Shown: in pieces, positions 18,920 through 27,252 of the stretch
Layout of the letters: each line of letters opens with the position of its first letter
Numbering within the stretch: position 1 is the first letter of the stretch
From: an uncultured Dehalococcoidia bacterium
GTDB taxonomy: Bacteria; Chloroflexota; Dehalococcoidia; Lucifugimonadales; JAGWBF01
NCBI GenBank assembly: GCA_964457285.1
Contig: CAYWGG010000001.1
Coordinates: 1-54,399 of the forward strand
DNA: 54,399 nucleotides
Reading direction: 5' to 3'
Notes under the pieces: generated by a model
Told to the model about the DNA's origin: nothing
What the model saw: the letters and a program-made list of their open reading frames with translations, nothing else
Databases searched by the model: none
Position numbers and translations under genes: made by a program

Positions 18920-20650
18920 TCAGCGATTCGCAAGGCTTTGGTCCTGCCCTAAATCGTAGAGATGGACCATTGCTCCCACAGTATAAAAGGAGTCAAGCCT
19001 CCTCCCAACAGTGTCCAGGCGGCCTAAAAAGAATCTACTTTCCCCCCATACGTCGTGGGAAAAGAGCACCCATACCCTGACGTTGCCCCGAAGCTCCTCC
19101 AGGTCGGCCGTATAGGCTTCAAAATCGCCCACTGCAGCTGTCCCTGCAACGTAGTCATCCTTGTCAAAACCGTACCTGTCCTGATAGTACTCAAAGGCGT
19201 ACTGTGCAGCCCAGTAGAGGTACAGCACATCTCCATCCTGCCTATGGTCTCTAAGGTAGGCCATGACCGGCTTTATTTCTTCCCTGATATAGTTTGGCTT
19301 GAACTGAAACCAGATCGCCTGATGTATGAGGAGAAGGAATAGCAACCCTATGACGGTGACCCCTATCACTGGGGCATTATGTCTAGTTGTATTCCAGATA
19401 TGCCCTGCGCCCTCCCCAATAAGAAGCAGCATCACTGGCACGAAGAACAGTAAAAACCTTGAACCGAACAAGTACTTATCGAAGGCAGAGGCCACTAAGA
19501 CAAAGAGTGCCGGGGATAGCAGAATGAGGAGCTTTTCCTTGCTCTCTGAAAATATGGAGAAGCAGCCCACCAGAAAGGTCAGTGCAGCAATACCGGTTAG
19601 AGCAAAGCTTGCCGGTTCGAGGAATATTCCGAAAAAGGTTGTAACAAACCACCAGACGTCTGCCGGGGACGATGGAGGGAAGGGCATGAGCCACTGGCCC
19701 TGAGTCCTCACGAAAAACTCGGTGTCTATGTTATGAAGGGCAATGACATAAGCGGCCAGGAAACTCACCAGCCACGTGAAACCCACGGCAGACAGCCACC
19801 CAGCCCTCGCCCACTCCCTCCTCACCAAACATGGTATACCTAAGCCTACTCCCACACCCGCCAGCACAAACAACGCAGGATGGGAAAACCAGACGCACAC
19901 CGCTCCCGTAACCCCAAGGATACTGAGCCATCCAGGAGTGAACCCCTTCCTCTGCACGTAGCTGGTTACCAGCAGCAGGAGCAAGGCTATGGTCACATCG
20001 CTGGAGTACTGTTTGACCTCAGAGGAGTAGTACACCAGCCACTCGGAGATGACAAAGAGTCCCAGGGCGATTGGCAGGGCGATGGGCTTGATGTAGTGCC
20101 TGGCGACGGCATAGAAGAGGAAGAGGGAAGCGACCCCTGACAAGAAGGGGAGGAGCCTGAGGGAGTATTCGCTGTCGCCGAAAGCCTGGACAACGAGCTT
20201 CTGAAGGACAAGCCAGCCGACGGGTGCGGCCTGGCCGAGGTCAAGAGGGCCGAGGAAGTCAGCGAAGGACTTATTGAGGATGTTGAGAGTAATAAAGGCC
20301 TCATCTATCCATAGGGAGCGATTGTCGAGGTAGCGAGTGAGGCGGAGGAGGACGCCGAGGCCGATGATGACCCACTCCCACCTGATGGCGGTGTACACCA
20401 GCCCAGCTTTTTGCCATAGCTGCTTCCCGATTTGCGCAAAGCTCCAGGATAGCTGGGCCACATAAGTCTGGATGGGGGCGTAGGCAGATGTCCCCATTAA
20501 GCCAGTGGCAAAAGGAATCCCACATTCGCTGCAAAAACGTGCATCGTCACGGTCCTGGTGGCCACAAGAAGGGCAGTTCAAGATGGGTCCTCGGTCTGAG
20601 AGGTGTTCGTCGTGTGCAGGAGGAAAACTATCCTCCCCAGGCGAAGCCAT
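18920..20650 (-). CDS. GT-C fold membrane glycosyltransferase paralogue with an N-terminal zinc ribbon and no PD40 domain
   Basis: 576 aa. N-terminal CPSCGH-x10-CSECG, then a membrane core paralogous to 16479-18824, including the identical run PIALGLFVISEWLVYYSSEVKQYSSDVTIALLLLLVTSYVQRKGFT and NRSLWIDEAF. Confidence 0.7.
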   Translation of the reverse strand: MASPGEDSFPPAHDEHLSDRGPILNCPSCGHQDRDDARFCSECGIPFATGLMGTSAYAPIQTYVAQLSWSFAQIGKQLWQKAGLVYTAIRWEWVIIGLGVLLRLTRYLDNRSLWIDEAFITLNILNKSFADFLGPLDLGQAAPVGWLVLQKLVVQAFGDSEYSLRLLPFLSGVASLFLFYAVARHYIKPIALPIALGLFVISEWLVYYSSEVKQYSSDVTIALLLLLVTSYVQRKGFTPGWLSILGVTGAVCVWFSHPALFVLAGVGVGLGIPCLVRREWARAGWLSAVGFTWLVSFLAAYVIALHNIDTEFFVRTQGQWLMPFPPSSPADVWWFVTTFFGIFLEPASFALTGIAALTFLVGCFSIFSESKEKLLILLSPALFVLVASAFDKYLFGSRFLLFFVPVMLLLIGEGAGHIWNTTRHNAPVIGVTVIGLLFLLLIHQAIWFQFKPNYIREEIKPVMAYLRDHRQDGDVLYLYWAAQYAFEYYQDRYGFDKDDYVAGTAAVGDFEAYTADLEELRGNVRVWVLFSHDVWGESRFFLGRLDTVGRRLDSFYTVGAMVHLYDLGQDQSLANR

Positions 20651-20769
20651 GTAGAGAGCTTGACCTGATGTTAATCCGTAACAAGGAGAGTGTCAAGGTA
20701 CAGCTTGGCAACCTCTGAGGCAGACCGTGGCTGATTGAATATAGTGCATTGGTGTATACTAGAAGCGAG

Positions 20770-21978
20770 ATGGGACAGCCTCCGATTAAGATTGGTGTGG
20801 ACGCTAGTTGTTGGACTAACAAACGTGGCTACGGCCGCTATACCCGAGAGTTGCTCAGTACCCTGCTGGCCATTGATCAGCAGAATGAATACCTGCTGTT
20901 TCTGGATGCTCAGACAGCCAGCCAGAGCGACGATTTGCCGGAGCGGGCACATCGGATCACCGTAGAAACATCCCAGGCGGCTGTGGAGGCTGCCTCTGCC
21001 TCTGGCCACAGGTCTCTACGAGACTTGTGGGCGATGCGGCGAGCGGTACACAAGTACGGCCAGGACTTGGACCTCTTTTATTTCCCGTCCGTTTACACCT
21101 TCTTTCCCTTGAGGTGCCGGGCTAAGGTGATCGTGACTATTCACGACACCACCGCTGAACGCTATCCCAGGCTTGTGTTCCCCAACTGGCGCAGCCGACT
21201 GCTCTGGAGACTCAAGGTGCGCTGGGCTGTGCGGCAAGCTAGCTTAGTAATCACCGTATCTGAAGCATCCAGGCGCAGTGTGATGCGAGAATTCAAGGTG
21301 AAGGAGAGGGTGATGAGGGTCGTCCCCGACGCTGTGGGTCCCCCATTCCGCCCCATTGAAGACCGTTCCCAGACTCGCCAGGTGCTAGCCGAGTATGGCG
21401 TTGACGCCGATGAGGGATTCATCCTCTATGTAGGTGGCATCAGCCCCCACAAAAACCTGGGGGCGCTTGTGGTCGCGTACGCTTCCCTGGTTCGCGAGAT
21501 GGGAGACCAGGCGCTAAAGCTGGTCCTCGTAGGAGATTTTCAGAGGGACGTGTTCTTTTCCAGCTATACTGCCTTGCGGGAAAAGATTGCTGAGCTGGGA
21601 GTGTCTGAGAAGGTCATCTTCACCGGCTTTGCGTCCGACCGGGCGCTGCCACACTTCTACAACGCGGCCAGGGCGCTGGTTTTACCCTCCTTCGATGAGG
21701 GCTTCGGGCTCCCCGCCGTAGAGGCAATGGCCTGCGGGACCCCAGTGGTGGCCAGTCACGCTGGTGCTCTGCCCGAGGTAGTTGGGGAAGCTGGCCTGTT
21801 CTTCAGCCCTCACGATCCAGAGGAGCTTAAAGAGCGCCTTCACCGACTGTTGAAGGACGAAGGGCTTCGCAAGGAGCTGGGAAAGAAGGGCTTGTGCCGG
21901 GCCAGAGAGTTCTCCTGGGAGCGCTCCGCCAGGACGGCTCTGGCCGCCTTCGAGGGGCTGGCATCGGAGGGCAGATGA
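20770..21978 (+). CDS. Glycosyltransferase family 4
   Basis: The ORF opens at TTG 20749. I prefer ATG 20770 (MGQPPIKIGVDAS...RGYGRY). The C-terminal motif is EGFGLPAVEAMACGTPVV. Confidence 0.75.
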   Translation: MGQPPIKIGVDASCWTNKRGYGRYTRELLSTLLAIDQQNEYLLFLDAQTASQSDDLPERAHRITVETSQAAVEAASASGHRSLRDLWAMRRAVHKYGQDLDLFYFPSVYTFFPLRCRAKVIVTIHDTTAERYPRLVFPNWRSRLLWRLKVRWAVRQASLVITVSEASRRSVMREFKVKERVMRVVPDAVGPPFRPIEDRSQTRQVLAEYGVDADEGFILYVGGISPHKNLGALVVAYASLVREMGDQALKLVLVGDFQRDVFFSSYTALREKIAELGVSEKVIFTGFASDRALPHFYNAARALVLPSFDEGFGLPAVEAMACGTPVVASHAGALPEVVGEAGLFFSPHDPEELKERLHRLLKDEGLRKELGKKGLCRAREFSWERSARTALAAFEGLASEGR

Positions 21979-23021
21979 CCTCACCCCTCAGGGTCGCACT
22001 CGTTGGCGCTGGGGATATAGGCCAACTCCGCGCTCAAGCTGTAGCCAAAACCCCGGGCCTTCAGCTTGCCGCCGTGGCCGACCTGGCGAAGGATCGAGCA
22101 GAAAGAGTAGCTGTGCGGTTCCATGCTGAGGCCTCCACTGATCCCACGGCAACCGTTCGACGTGACGATGTGAATGTTGTCATTGTGTCCACGCCGCCAA
22201 ATCGGCACGCCGAGATTGCCCTGGCTGCCACGAGCGCGGGTAAACACGTGCTGTGCGAGAAGCCCTTGGCTCATACCCTTCAGGATGCCGGGCGCATGTG
22301 CGAGAGCGCCAGGGCGAATGGGGTCTTCCTCAAGACCGGGTTCAATCACCGCTACTTTCCGGCAATGATGTCAGCACGGCGCTTGATAGATTCCGGTGAG
22401 ATCGGCCAGGTGATCATGGTAAAGGCCTACGCAGGGCATCCAGGTGGCAAAGAGTTCGTGCATGACTGGGTCCGTAATGGTGCGATCACCGGCGGTGGCA
22501 GCCTGATTGACAACGGGATTCATATTCTGGACCTCACCCGGTTCTTCCTCGGCGAGGAGATAGCAACCGCAACGGGTTACATCGCCAACCTGGTCTGGCC
22601 ATCGGAAAACGCAGAGGACAACGGCTTCGCCCTCTTCCGCTCCACCGGCGGTAAAATCGCTCAGGTCCATGCGAGCTGGACCCACTGGCGCGGCTATCAC
22701 TTCGCTGTTGAGACATTCGGTACCAGTGGCTACGTGCGGGCCTCTTACCCACCCATGCTGGTCGAGTGGGGGCGGACTCTTGAGCCCGGCGTCCGGGCCA
22801 GACGCCGCTATCAGGTGTTCCCTCTCTTCCAGATTCAAGAGCGGCTGCGCGGCTGGCAGTGGACTGTCGTAAAATCCTTTGTGCATGAGCTCAGCGCCTT
22901 CGCCGCAGGAATCCGTACAGGTCGTGAAGTGCCCGCCACAGGTAGCGACGGCCTGCGCGCTATGCAGATGGCCCACGCTATCTATCGTTCGTCGCACGAC
23001 GGCGTTGAGGTGAGGCTGTGA
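21975..23021 (+). CDS. Gfo/Idh/MocA family oxidoreductase
   Basis: The ATG at 21975 overlaps the upstream stop (ATGA). LRVALVGAGDIG Rossmann start and EKP motif (LCEKPLA). Confidence 0.8.
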   Translation: MTSPLRVALVGAGDIGQLRAQAVAKTPGLQLAAVADLAKDRAERVAVRFHAEASTDPTATVRRDDVNVVIVSTPPNRHAEIALAATSAGKHVLCEKPLAHTLQDAGRMCESARANGVFLKTGFNHRYFPAMMSARRLIDSGEIGQVIMVKAYAGHPGGKEFVHDWVRNGAITGGGSLIDNGIHILDLTRFFLGEEIATATGYIANLVWPSENAEDNGFALFRSTGGKIAQVHASWTHWRGYHFAVETFGTSGYVRASYPPMLVEWGRTLEPGVRARRRYQVFPLFQIQERLRGWQWTVVKSFVHELSAFAAGIRTGREVPATGSDGLRAMQMAHAIYRSSHDGVEVRL

Positions 23022-24286
23022 GCCAGCGCCCGCTCCGGTTCTGCATGGTGACTACCTTTTATCCCCCCTACAATTTCGGTGGAGATGGCATTTACGTCTA
23101 CCGGCTTTCAAACGAGCTGGCCCGGCGAGGTCATCACGTAGAAGTGGTCCACTGCCAGGATGCGTATCGTGCGTTGAGTCCAGGGCCTACTCAGCCCACA
23201 GAGGACTACCCCAATTACCCTGACATAGTTGTGCACCGTTTGCGGAGCAAGGCTGGGATACTCTCTCCCCTGATAACCCAGCAAACGGGCCATCCAGGCC
23301 TGAAAGCGCCTCGGCTCAAAGAGATTCTGGACCAGGGGAGATTTGATGTAGTGCACTTCCATAACATCTCCCTGATCGGCCCCATAGCCCTTAGCTACGG
23401 CGGGGGGATCAAGCTGTACACCATGCATGAGCACTGGCTGGTCTGCCCGATGCACGTCCTGTGGAAATTCGATCGGGCCGCCTGCGCCAGCAAGCGTTGC
23501 CTTCCTTGCACCATACATGGCAACCGCCCGCCCCAGCTCTGGCGCTATACTGGCCTCTTAGACTCGATGCTAAAGCACGTAGATGCCTTCATCGCCATGA
23601 GCAGCTTCAGTCGCGACAAGCATCGCGAGATGGGCCTGGACGTGAAGGCCCCTATCGTGTGTATCCCCTACTTTGTGCCGCGTCAGGAACCCCAAGCCAC
23701 AGCTATGGGTGAAGGGCCTCCTTATCCGAGACCTTACCTGCTCTTCGTCGGGCGGCTGGAGAAGATGAAAGGGGTGCAGGTACTCATCGAGGCGTTTCGG
23801 GAGTATCGCAGTTGTGACCTGCTCATCGCCGGAGATGGCAACTATGAGGCTTATCTGCGCCGCCAGGCGATGGGACTGCCTCATGTGCACTTTTTGGGCC
23901 GCCTGAAGTACGATCACCTGCAAGCGTTTTTCAGGCATGCTGTTGCCCTCGCCGTGCCTTCCATCGGGTACGAGACCTTCGGTATTGTTATCCTGGAGGC
24001 CTTTGCACAGCGGACGCCCGTCATCGCCAGCAATATGGGGCCCTTTCCTGAGATTGTAGAACAGAGCGGGGGCGGACTCATCTACGACGATGAAGCTGGA
24101 TTGCTGAAAGCGGTTGAGACCTTGCGGTCCAATACTGGTCTGCGGCAGTCGCTGGGCGAGCGGGGGTATGAGGCCTATCTCAAATACTGGACTCCGGAGC
24201 CTCACTTGCAGCAATATTTTGCGCTCATCGAGAGCATCGCGGTCAGCAAGGGGGTAACTTCTGGCACTCCCGGCGGCGCTCTGTAG
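23018..24286 (+). CDS. Glycosyltransferase family 4
   Basis: 422 aa. The GTG start overlaps the upstream stop (GTGA). FCMVTTFYPPYNFGGDGIY... and ETFGIVILEAFAQRTPVIAS. Confidence 0.75.
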   Translation: MSQRPLRFCMVTTFYPPYNFGGDGIYVYRLSNELARRGHHVEVVHCQDAYRALSPGPTQPTEDYPNYPDIVVHRLRSKAGILSPLITQQTGHPGLKAPRLKEILDQGRFDVVHFHNISLIGPIALSYGGGIKLYTMHEHWLVCPMHVLWKFDRAACASKRCLPCTIHGNRPPQLWRYTGLLDSMLKHVDAFIAMSSFSRDKHREMGLDVKAPIVCIPYFVPRQEPQATAMGEGPPYPRPYLLFVGRLEKMKGVQVLIEAFREYRSCDLLIAGDGNYEAYLRRQAMGLPHVHFLGRLKYDHLQAFFRHAVALAVPSIGYETFGIVILEAFAQRTPVIASNMGPFPEIVEQSGGGLIYDDEAGLLKAVETLRSNTGLRQSLGERGYEAYLKYWTPEPHLQQYFALIESIAVSKGVTSGTPGGAL

Positions 24287-24299
24287 CTCGCGAGCAGTG

Positions 24300-25545
24300 G
24301 TCATCATCCCTGAATAAGGTCAACAACCGCTAGCTAAAGCAGGCGGCTTGTAGCTAGCAGCTACGCTGCCGCTACGTCTGGTCGGTTGACAGCGGCCCTG
24401 CGGATATTCTCCGCAGCGATAGTGTCAGCAGGGCCAGCGAACCCACACTGAACACAGGAGAAACGGGATTGAGAGACACGGTTAGCCTTATCCACACAAC
24501 CACAGGCGGGGCAGGTACGGGAGGTGTTCCTGGGATCAACAAGGACCACAGGAACACCAGCAAGCCTTGCCTTGTACTGGATAAAGTTGCGGAGCTGGTA
24601 GAAGGCCCAGGAGTGGTGCTGTCGCTGTTGGCTCTTTCTAACCCTGACCCTCGAACGTATCCCCTGGAGATCTTCCAGGGCAATAGCCCGATTCGTGTGT
24701 TGGGCCTTCAGCACCACTTGCTTGCTGATAACGTGGTTAATATTCCTGGCGAAGCGAGACTCTTTGCGCCGTCTCTTCCTCAAGAGACGTTTAGCGGAGG
24801 GAGTCCCCTTCTTCTGGAGCCTGGCCCTGAGCCTGGAGTGCCGCTTCCTGAGCCCGTTGACCTGGCCTCCGCTATAGGTCTCCCCATCAGAGTCGGCCAA
24901 GATGTTCACAATGCCCAGGTCTATACCCAGAACATCCTCAGTCTCCAACAAGGACGACTCCTCCAGGTCAACGATGGCATTCAAGTAGAACGTCCCATCC
25001 TGGTACACCAGGTCTGTCTCCCCCTTCCGGTAGACCAGCAACTCCCGCTGTCTCTGGCAGCTAGCGTAGGAGATGGTCTGTCTTCCCCAGATAGTCCAGA
25101 TGGAAACCCTATCATCCTTGAGATAGCGCAGGATGCGGTCATCGTAGGCGATAGAACCGTGGGGCTTGAAGGTGCGTTTGGCTCTCCTATCCAGTTTATA
25201 GGCATCCGCGACCTTGGCGATGCACCGAACGGTCACCTGGGCAGAAAGGGAGAACTGTTCCCGTATATCTCGATAGGCCAGCTTATGGAGCTTGAACTGA
25301 CCAAAGGTCTGGTGTTCCCAGGCTACTCTACTGGCATAGTTACAGGCGTTATTAGCTCGCTCCAATGTCAGGAGCAGGGATTCATGTTGCTCTATGGTAG
25401 GGACCAGTTTCAGATTGACCACCAGCTTCATGCTTCAAGTAAAGAAGATTCCGAGGAATATTTCAAGAGGGGAGGTAAGGCGCTTTCCTCCGCCGCCTAA
25501 AGTCGGCGGTCTCCAGCGCCGATTTCTATGAAGACTAAGGACCTT
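24300..25545 (-). mobile_element. Solo-TnpB insertion element (IS1341-like, no tnpA); boundaries approximate
   Basis: tnpB is flanked by subterminal hairpins: 25490-25509 (ccgccgcc taaa gtcggcgg) on the 5' side and 24319-24348 (gctagct N16 agctagc) on the 3' side. No Y1 transposase ORF is adjacent. Confidence 0.5.
24361..25431 (-). CDS. tnpB: TnpB (IS200/IS605-family OrfB, RuvC-like RNA-guided nuclease)
   Basis: 356 aa. Candidate RuvC triad present: GIDLG (D), IALEDL (E), GPADTIAAENI (D). Zn ribbon CPACG...CVQCG. Confidence 0.85.
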   Translation of the reverse strand: MKLVVNLKLVPTIEQHESLLLTLERANNACNYASRVAWEHQTFGQFKLHKLAYRDIREQFSLSAQVTVRCIAKVADAYKLDRRAKRTFKPHGSIAYDDRILRYLKDDRVSIWTIWGRQTISYASCQRQRELLVYRKGETDLVYQDGTFYLNAIVDLEESSLLETEDVLGIDLGIVNILADSDGETYSGGQVNGLRKRHSRLRARLQKKGTPSAKRLLRKRRRKESRFARNINHVISKQVVLKAQHTNRAIALEDLQGIRSRVRVRKSQQRQHHSWAFYQLRNFIQYKARLAGVPVVLVDPRNTSRTCPACGCVDKANRVSQSRFSCVQCGFAGPADTIAAENIRRAAVNRPDVAAA

Positions 25546-25565
25546 TTCATCAAGGAGGAAAGGGT

Positions 25566-26489
25566 ATGAGGGAAGCGATTGGCTTTGTTGGCCTGGGCAA
25601 CATGGGTCTGCCCATGGCGCAAAACCTGCTCAAGGCAGGCTATAACATGCACGTCTTCAACCGCACGGCGTCAAAGGCTGAAGGGTTACTGGCGCAGGGC
25701 GCAGCCTGGGCATCTTCTCCCTGCGCTGTAGCAGAGCGGACTGGGATGGTCATCAGCATGGTGGCCGACGACGAAGCCCTTCAGGCCGTATCTTTGGGAA
25801 CGGAAGGGGTCTTCTCCGGGCTTCCAGAAGATGGCATCCATATTGATATGAGCACCGTGTCTCCCGACACCACAAAGGGCATGGCCCGGATGTATCGTGA
25901 GCGAGGAGTCCATTTCATCGCCGCTCCTGTCTCTGGCCGGCCTGAACATGCGGCCACGGGCAAGCTCCTGATCTACCCGGCCGGCCCGGAAGAGGTCATC
26001 GAGCGCTGTCGGCCACTGTTTAATGTCATGGGACAGCGCGTCATTGTGGTTGGCGAAGAGCCACACCTGGCAAACGTGATGAAGCTGGTGACCAACTTCA
26101 TTGTCTATTCCCTAAACGAGACCCTTAGCGAGACCTTCACCCTGGCTGAAAAGGCTGGCCTGAAAAGCGAGCACATCCTTGAGATGCTCCAGGTGCTTTT
26201 CCCATCACCCATAATCCAGCTCTACGCCAGGCGCATCTCTCAGCACGACTTCTACTCTCCTGGACTTAATGTTCGGCTGGGGCTAAAAGACGTTGGCCTG
26301 ATAAGGAAGCTGGCCGATGATGTAGCTACCCCCCTTCCCCTGGCAGACCAGACCTACCGTCACTTGCTGGCCGCCCTGGCACGCGGTCGGGGAGAACTGG
26401 ATGTGGTAGCGGTGGTGACAGTGATACGTGAGATGGCCGGGCTGGATTCAGAAGCTGAGAAGCGTTCTGAGGCTGTTACTGGGCCGTGA
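25566..26489 (+). CDS. NAD(P)-dependent oxidoreductase, 3-hydroxyisobutyrate/6-phosphogluconate dehydrogenase-like
   Basis: 307 aa. IGFVGLGNMGLPMAQNLLKAGY. AAGGAGG RBS. Confidence 0.8.
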   Translation: MREAIGFVGLGNMGLPMAQNLLKAGYNMHVFNRTASKAEGLLAQGAAWASSPCAVAERTGMVISMVADDEALQAVSLGTEGVFSGLPEDGIHIDMSTVSPDTTKGMARMYRERGVHFIAAPVSGRPEHAATGKLLIYPAGPEEVIERCRPLFNVMGQRVIVVGEEPHLANVMKLVTNFIVYSLNETLSETFTLAEKAGLKSEHILEMLQVLFPSPIIQLYARRISQHDFYSPGLNVRLGLKDVGLIRKLADDVATPLPLADQTYRHLLAALARGRGELDVVAVVTVIREMAGLDSEAEKRSEAVTGP

Positions 26490-27228
26490 CCCCCCCGTCT
26501 ATCACCAGCTCGCTGCCGGTGACGAAGGAGGACTCATCGGAGGCCAGGTACAGGGCCCCGTAGGCGATGTCCTCAGAGGTGCCCATCCTTCCCAGGACGG
26601 TCCTGGCTATGGCGGCCTCTCTGGTTGTGGTGCCTTCGGCCAGTATCTGATCGTACATTGCCGTATCTATGGGGCCTGGGTGTATGGAGTTGCACCGGAT
26701 GCCTTCCCTGCCATACTGGACGGCGGTGGCCTTGGTGAGCAGGCGCACCGCTCCCTTTGAGGCCGTGTAAGCGGTGCTGCGAGGGCTGCCCACCAGCCCT
26801 GCCGTGGAGGAGATGTTGATGATGGAGCCGCCCCCAGCCTTCCGCATCTCCGGTATCACCATCTTGGTCCCCAGGAAGACGCCCTTGGCATTCACGTCCA
26901 TGACCGTCTCCCATTCTTCCACCGGCGTGTCCTCCACTCGATGCCCTCGCCATATTCCGGCGTTGTTGACCAGCACGTCGAGCTTGCCGAACCTGGAAAC
27001 CACCGTCCGGATAACGCGACGCCAGTCCTCTTCCCTGGTCACGTCCAGGTGCACGTAGACGGCGTCCCCGCCGGCCTCGGCAACCTCGGCCGCCACCCTG
27101 GTGCCCTCCTCATCGAGAACGTCAGCGACGACCACCTTAGCCCCCTCATGGGCGAAGAGTCTGGCCTCGACCGCCCCCTGGCCACGGGCCCCACCAGTGA
27201 TAAGGGCAACCTTTCCTTCCAGTCTCAT
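26476..27228 (-). CDS. SDR family oxidoreductase
   Basis: The ORF opens at 27249; the likely start is MRLEGKVALITGGARGQG (27228). Catalytic YTASKGAV. Confidence 0.8.
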   Translation of the reverse strand: MRLEGKVALITGGARGQGAVEARLFAHEGAKVVVADVLDEEGTRVAAEVAEAGGDAVYVHLDVTREEDWRRVIRTVVSRFGKLDVLVNNAGIWRGHRVEDTPVEEWETVMDVNAKGVFLGTKMVIPEMRKAGGGSIINISSTAGLVGSPRSTAYTASKGAVRLLTKATAVQYGREGIRCNSIHPGPIDTAMYDQILAEGTTTREAAIARTVLGRMGTSEDIAYGALYLASDESSFVTGSELVIDGGVTAQ

Positions 27229-27252
27229 GACTCGCCTCCTTACCCTCACCCC

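Noticed and set aside
24469-25500. 343-aa plus-strand ORF; similar long antisense ORFs at 4082-4858 (-), 27559-28455 (+), 830-1594 (+), 39795-40547 (-) and 45513-46352 (-)
   Set aside because: Each lies entirely antisense to a gene with clear family motifs (tnpB, LamG protein, LLM oxidoreductase, GlcD/PaREP1, TPP enzyme, sugar dehydrogenase). Their translations are low-complexity and Arg/Pro/Gly-rich, as expected for shadow ORFs in high-GC DNA.
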